From Ostreococcus lucimarinus (lineage: Eukaryota), in the NCBI GenBank assembly GCA_000092065.1, contig CP000600.1: a stretch of DNA of 64,000 bases; one strand, 5' to 3'. Shown piece after piece: positions 62,697 through 64,000 of this stretch; the first letter of the stretch is position 1; each line of letters opens with the position of its first letter. Below the pieces are notes generated by a model. That model did not search any database and was not told the DNA's origin. It worked only from the letters and a program-made list of their open reading frames with translations. The translations under genes and the position numbers were made by a program.

Positions 62697-62969
62697 ATGG
62701 CGTACGTCGCGCGCGACGGCGCGGTCGCCGCGCGCCCGTTCTCGCTCGTCGCCGCCCTCTGGGGCGCGCTCGACGTCGTGGACGCCTTCTTCCGAACGCT
62801 CCTCGTCGAAGGCCACGCCGACGCGTACGCGCGACGAACGACGACCGCGCGCGCGACGACGCCCGGACGCGTCGCCGCGACGACCGCGCGCGGCGCGGCC
62901 GTGCGCGGGTTCGCAAACGTGCGAACGATCGATCACGCCGCGCCGACGGCGGGCGGATGAGGACGATAA
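62697..62969 (+). CDS. SELENOK: Selenoprotein K with in-frame TGA (Sec) at 62958-62960, ending ...AGG-U-GR-TAA
   Basis: - The ORF-track entry 62697..62960 (87 aa) stops at TGA.
- Continuing in frame gives GGA CGA TAA, i.e. ...PTAGG-Sec-GR-stop, the SelK C-terminal signature (human ...MAGGUGR).
- The N-terminus MAYVARDGAVAARPFSLVAALWGALDVVDAFFRTLL parallels SelK MVYISNGQV..SPWRLSLITDFFWGIAEFVVLFFKTLL.
- It lies in an otherwise unexplained 690-bp intergenic gap. Confidence 0.75.
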
Positions 62970-63067
62970 GGGACGCCACGGCGGCGTCGTCGCGCGACGA
63001 TTGCTTCGACCGACGACGACGACGCCGCGCGTCCCGAGCGCGCCGACGCGCGCGAGATCGGACGCGC

Positions 63068-63138
63068 CGAGCGATCGGGCGCGCGCGGGTGACGCCGCGG
63101 TGGGAATGACGTCGACGACGTCGCCACCGCGGTCGATG
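63068..63138 (+). promoter_or_regulatory. Candidate SECIS element (form 2) in SelK 3' UTR
   Basis: gcgcgg-G-UGA-cg-ccgcggugg-GAAU-gacguc-gac-gacguc-g-ccaccgcgg-uc-GAU-ga-ccgcgc. Helix I is 6 bp. The core is UGA/GA (GUGA variant). Helix II is 9 bp plus a G-U pair. An AA bulge sits 11 nt after the core. A 6-bp helix III is formed by the two GACGUC copies. It is about 110 nt downstream of the Sec codon. Folded by eye only. Confidence 0.4.
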
Positions 63139-63268
63139 ACCGCGCCTTCGCTCGGCGCGCGCGGCGCGCACGCTGTAAACGAGAATCCAACCGCTGCGCG
63201 TAACACCCTCCGAGAACTAGTAGTACAAATAAAGATTACAAGAATCATCAAAGCTATTCATGACCAAG

Positions 63269-64000
63269 CTATTCATCGATGGACTTTGAGCGCGACGTCG
63301 ATCTTTTGCGCGCGTGTCTCTTCAACGTCGACTCGACATCTTCCAAGCGCAAACCTTTCGTCTCGGGGATGAAACGATCGACAAAAACGTATCCGCTAGC
63401 GCACAGCAGAGTATAGAAACCGTATGATCCACTCAATCCGTACGCGCCAACCATCGGCAGAAAGGTTGCACCGACGATTGAGTTTGATACATAGTTCAGA
63501 GCGGTGCACGCCGAAACGGCTCGAGCGCGAATGCGGGTGGGGAATACTTCATTGTACAAGAGCCACGGAATCGGACCTGCGCCGAGAGAGAAGAATAAAA
63601 CGTACAATGGGATTGTGACGAGCGCGACTGCTGCTTCGGGTTGTGCCGGTCCCGCACTCGCGGGCGACAGTGCGGCAAAATCCGCACAAATCTGAGCGCT
63701 CGCCATCGTGGGATACGAGTACAATCCGTCGTCGATTTGTTGGCTCAGTTTTCCCACGAGCACGCCAAGCTCTGGGTTGGCGCAAAACGAGCTTAGCTCG
63801 TTCGCAGGGGTGAGATACGCGGCGAGAGACAAAATGCCCAAGCACGCACTCATGCCTCCGAATGAAGTGAGGAGAAGAGGTCGACGACCCATTTTGTCTG
63901 ACAGGGCCAGCGCGACAAAGCCACCGACGACGTTCGGCACGCCCACCGCCCAAGTCAAAATTTCTGGATTATTTATTCCCACGCTCGTGAACACAGTGGA
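63269..64000 (-). CDS. MFS sugar-porter-family transporter, C-terminal part (gene continues beyond window end)
   Basis: Sugar-porter motifs (AVGVPNVVGGFVALALSDKMGRRPLLL; GAGPIPWLLYNEVFPTRIRARA; PETKGLRLEDVE); the listed Met at 63994 is internal to the TM7-8 region, so the N-terminus is off-window. Confidence 0.8.
   Translation of the reverse strand, partial: STVFTSVGINNPEILTWAVGVPNVVGGFVALALSDKMGRRPLLLTSFGGMSACLGILSLAAYLTPANELSSFCANPELGVLVGKLSQQIDDGLYSYPTMASAQICADFAALSPASAGPAQPEAAVALVTIPLYVLFFSLGAGPIPWLLYNEVFPTRIRARAVSACTALNYVSNSIVGATFLPMVGAYGLSGSYGFYTLLCASGYVFVDRFIPETKGLRLEDVESTLKRHARKRSTSRSKSIDE

Noticed and set aside
63086-63130. Alternative SECIS using the canonical AUGA at about 63096.
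   Set aside because: The flanks do not pair into helix II. The GUGA-based fold 10 nt upstream gives complete helix I/II/III geometry.
1-64000. Bacterial or giant-virus origin of the window. Prompts: LigA, FtsH, RNase E, DUF285 repeats, intronless genes, alternative start codons in the ORF track.
   Set aside because: EF2 with GT-AG introns, histone-fold, HMG-box, SET/CXC, PHD-homeobox, RER1, ankyrin and U-box genes and TGTAA 3' signals indicate a eukaryotic nuclear locus. The prokaryote-type genes carry presequences consistent with organelle targeting.

Overview
This is a 64-kb GC-rich (about 65% GC), very gene-dense stretch of eukaryotic nuclear DNA. It is not prokaryotic or viral: it carries elongation factor 2 split by spliceosomal introns, a histone-fold protein, an HMG-box protein, an E(z)-type SET methyltransferase, a PHD-homeobox protein, RER1, a U-box protein and ankyrin proteins. 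Compact single-exon genes, a DUF285-repeat protein, TGTAA-type 3' signals, a selenoprotein and plastid-type RNase E, FtsH and LigA suggest a mamiellophycean green alga such as Micromonas or Ostreococcus. This is an inference and was not verified by search. I resolve about 37 protein-coding genes, most with intergenic spacers under 300 bp. The ORF track mixes real genes with many Arg/Ala/Gly-rich out-of-frame or antisense ORFs that arise because high GC suppresses stop codons. Its reported starts are sometimes TTG or GTG, and I trimmed gene starts to plausible ATGs. The notable items are:
- A selenoprotein K gene whose in-frame TGA (selenocysteine) the ORF track reads as a stop, with a SECIS-like stem-loop downstream.
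- A 3190-aa surface protein with about 50 DUF285 repeats, three near-identical 1.1-1.25 kb internal tandem units, a cysteine-rich module, a roughly 7-8 helix membrane core and a long cytoplasmic coiled coil.
- A complete bacterial-type NAD-dependent DNA ligase (LigA) with an organellar presequence, transcribed divergently from a short ORF carrying a DNPPY amino-methyltransferase motif.
- Two short 5' introns in EF2 that reveal local splice signals: GTGCGC and GTACGT donors, a CTGAC branch point and ATAG acceptors.
- A CCDC12/Cwf18 gene hidden inside an apparently intergenic GC-rich region.
Coordinates I derived by hand are approximate to within a few nucleotides.
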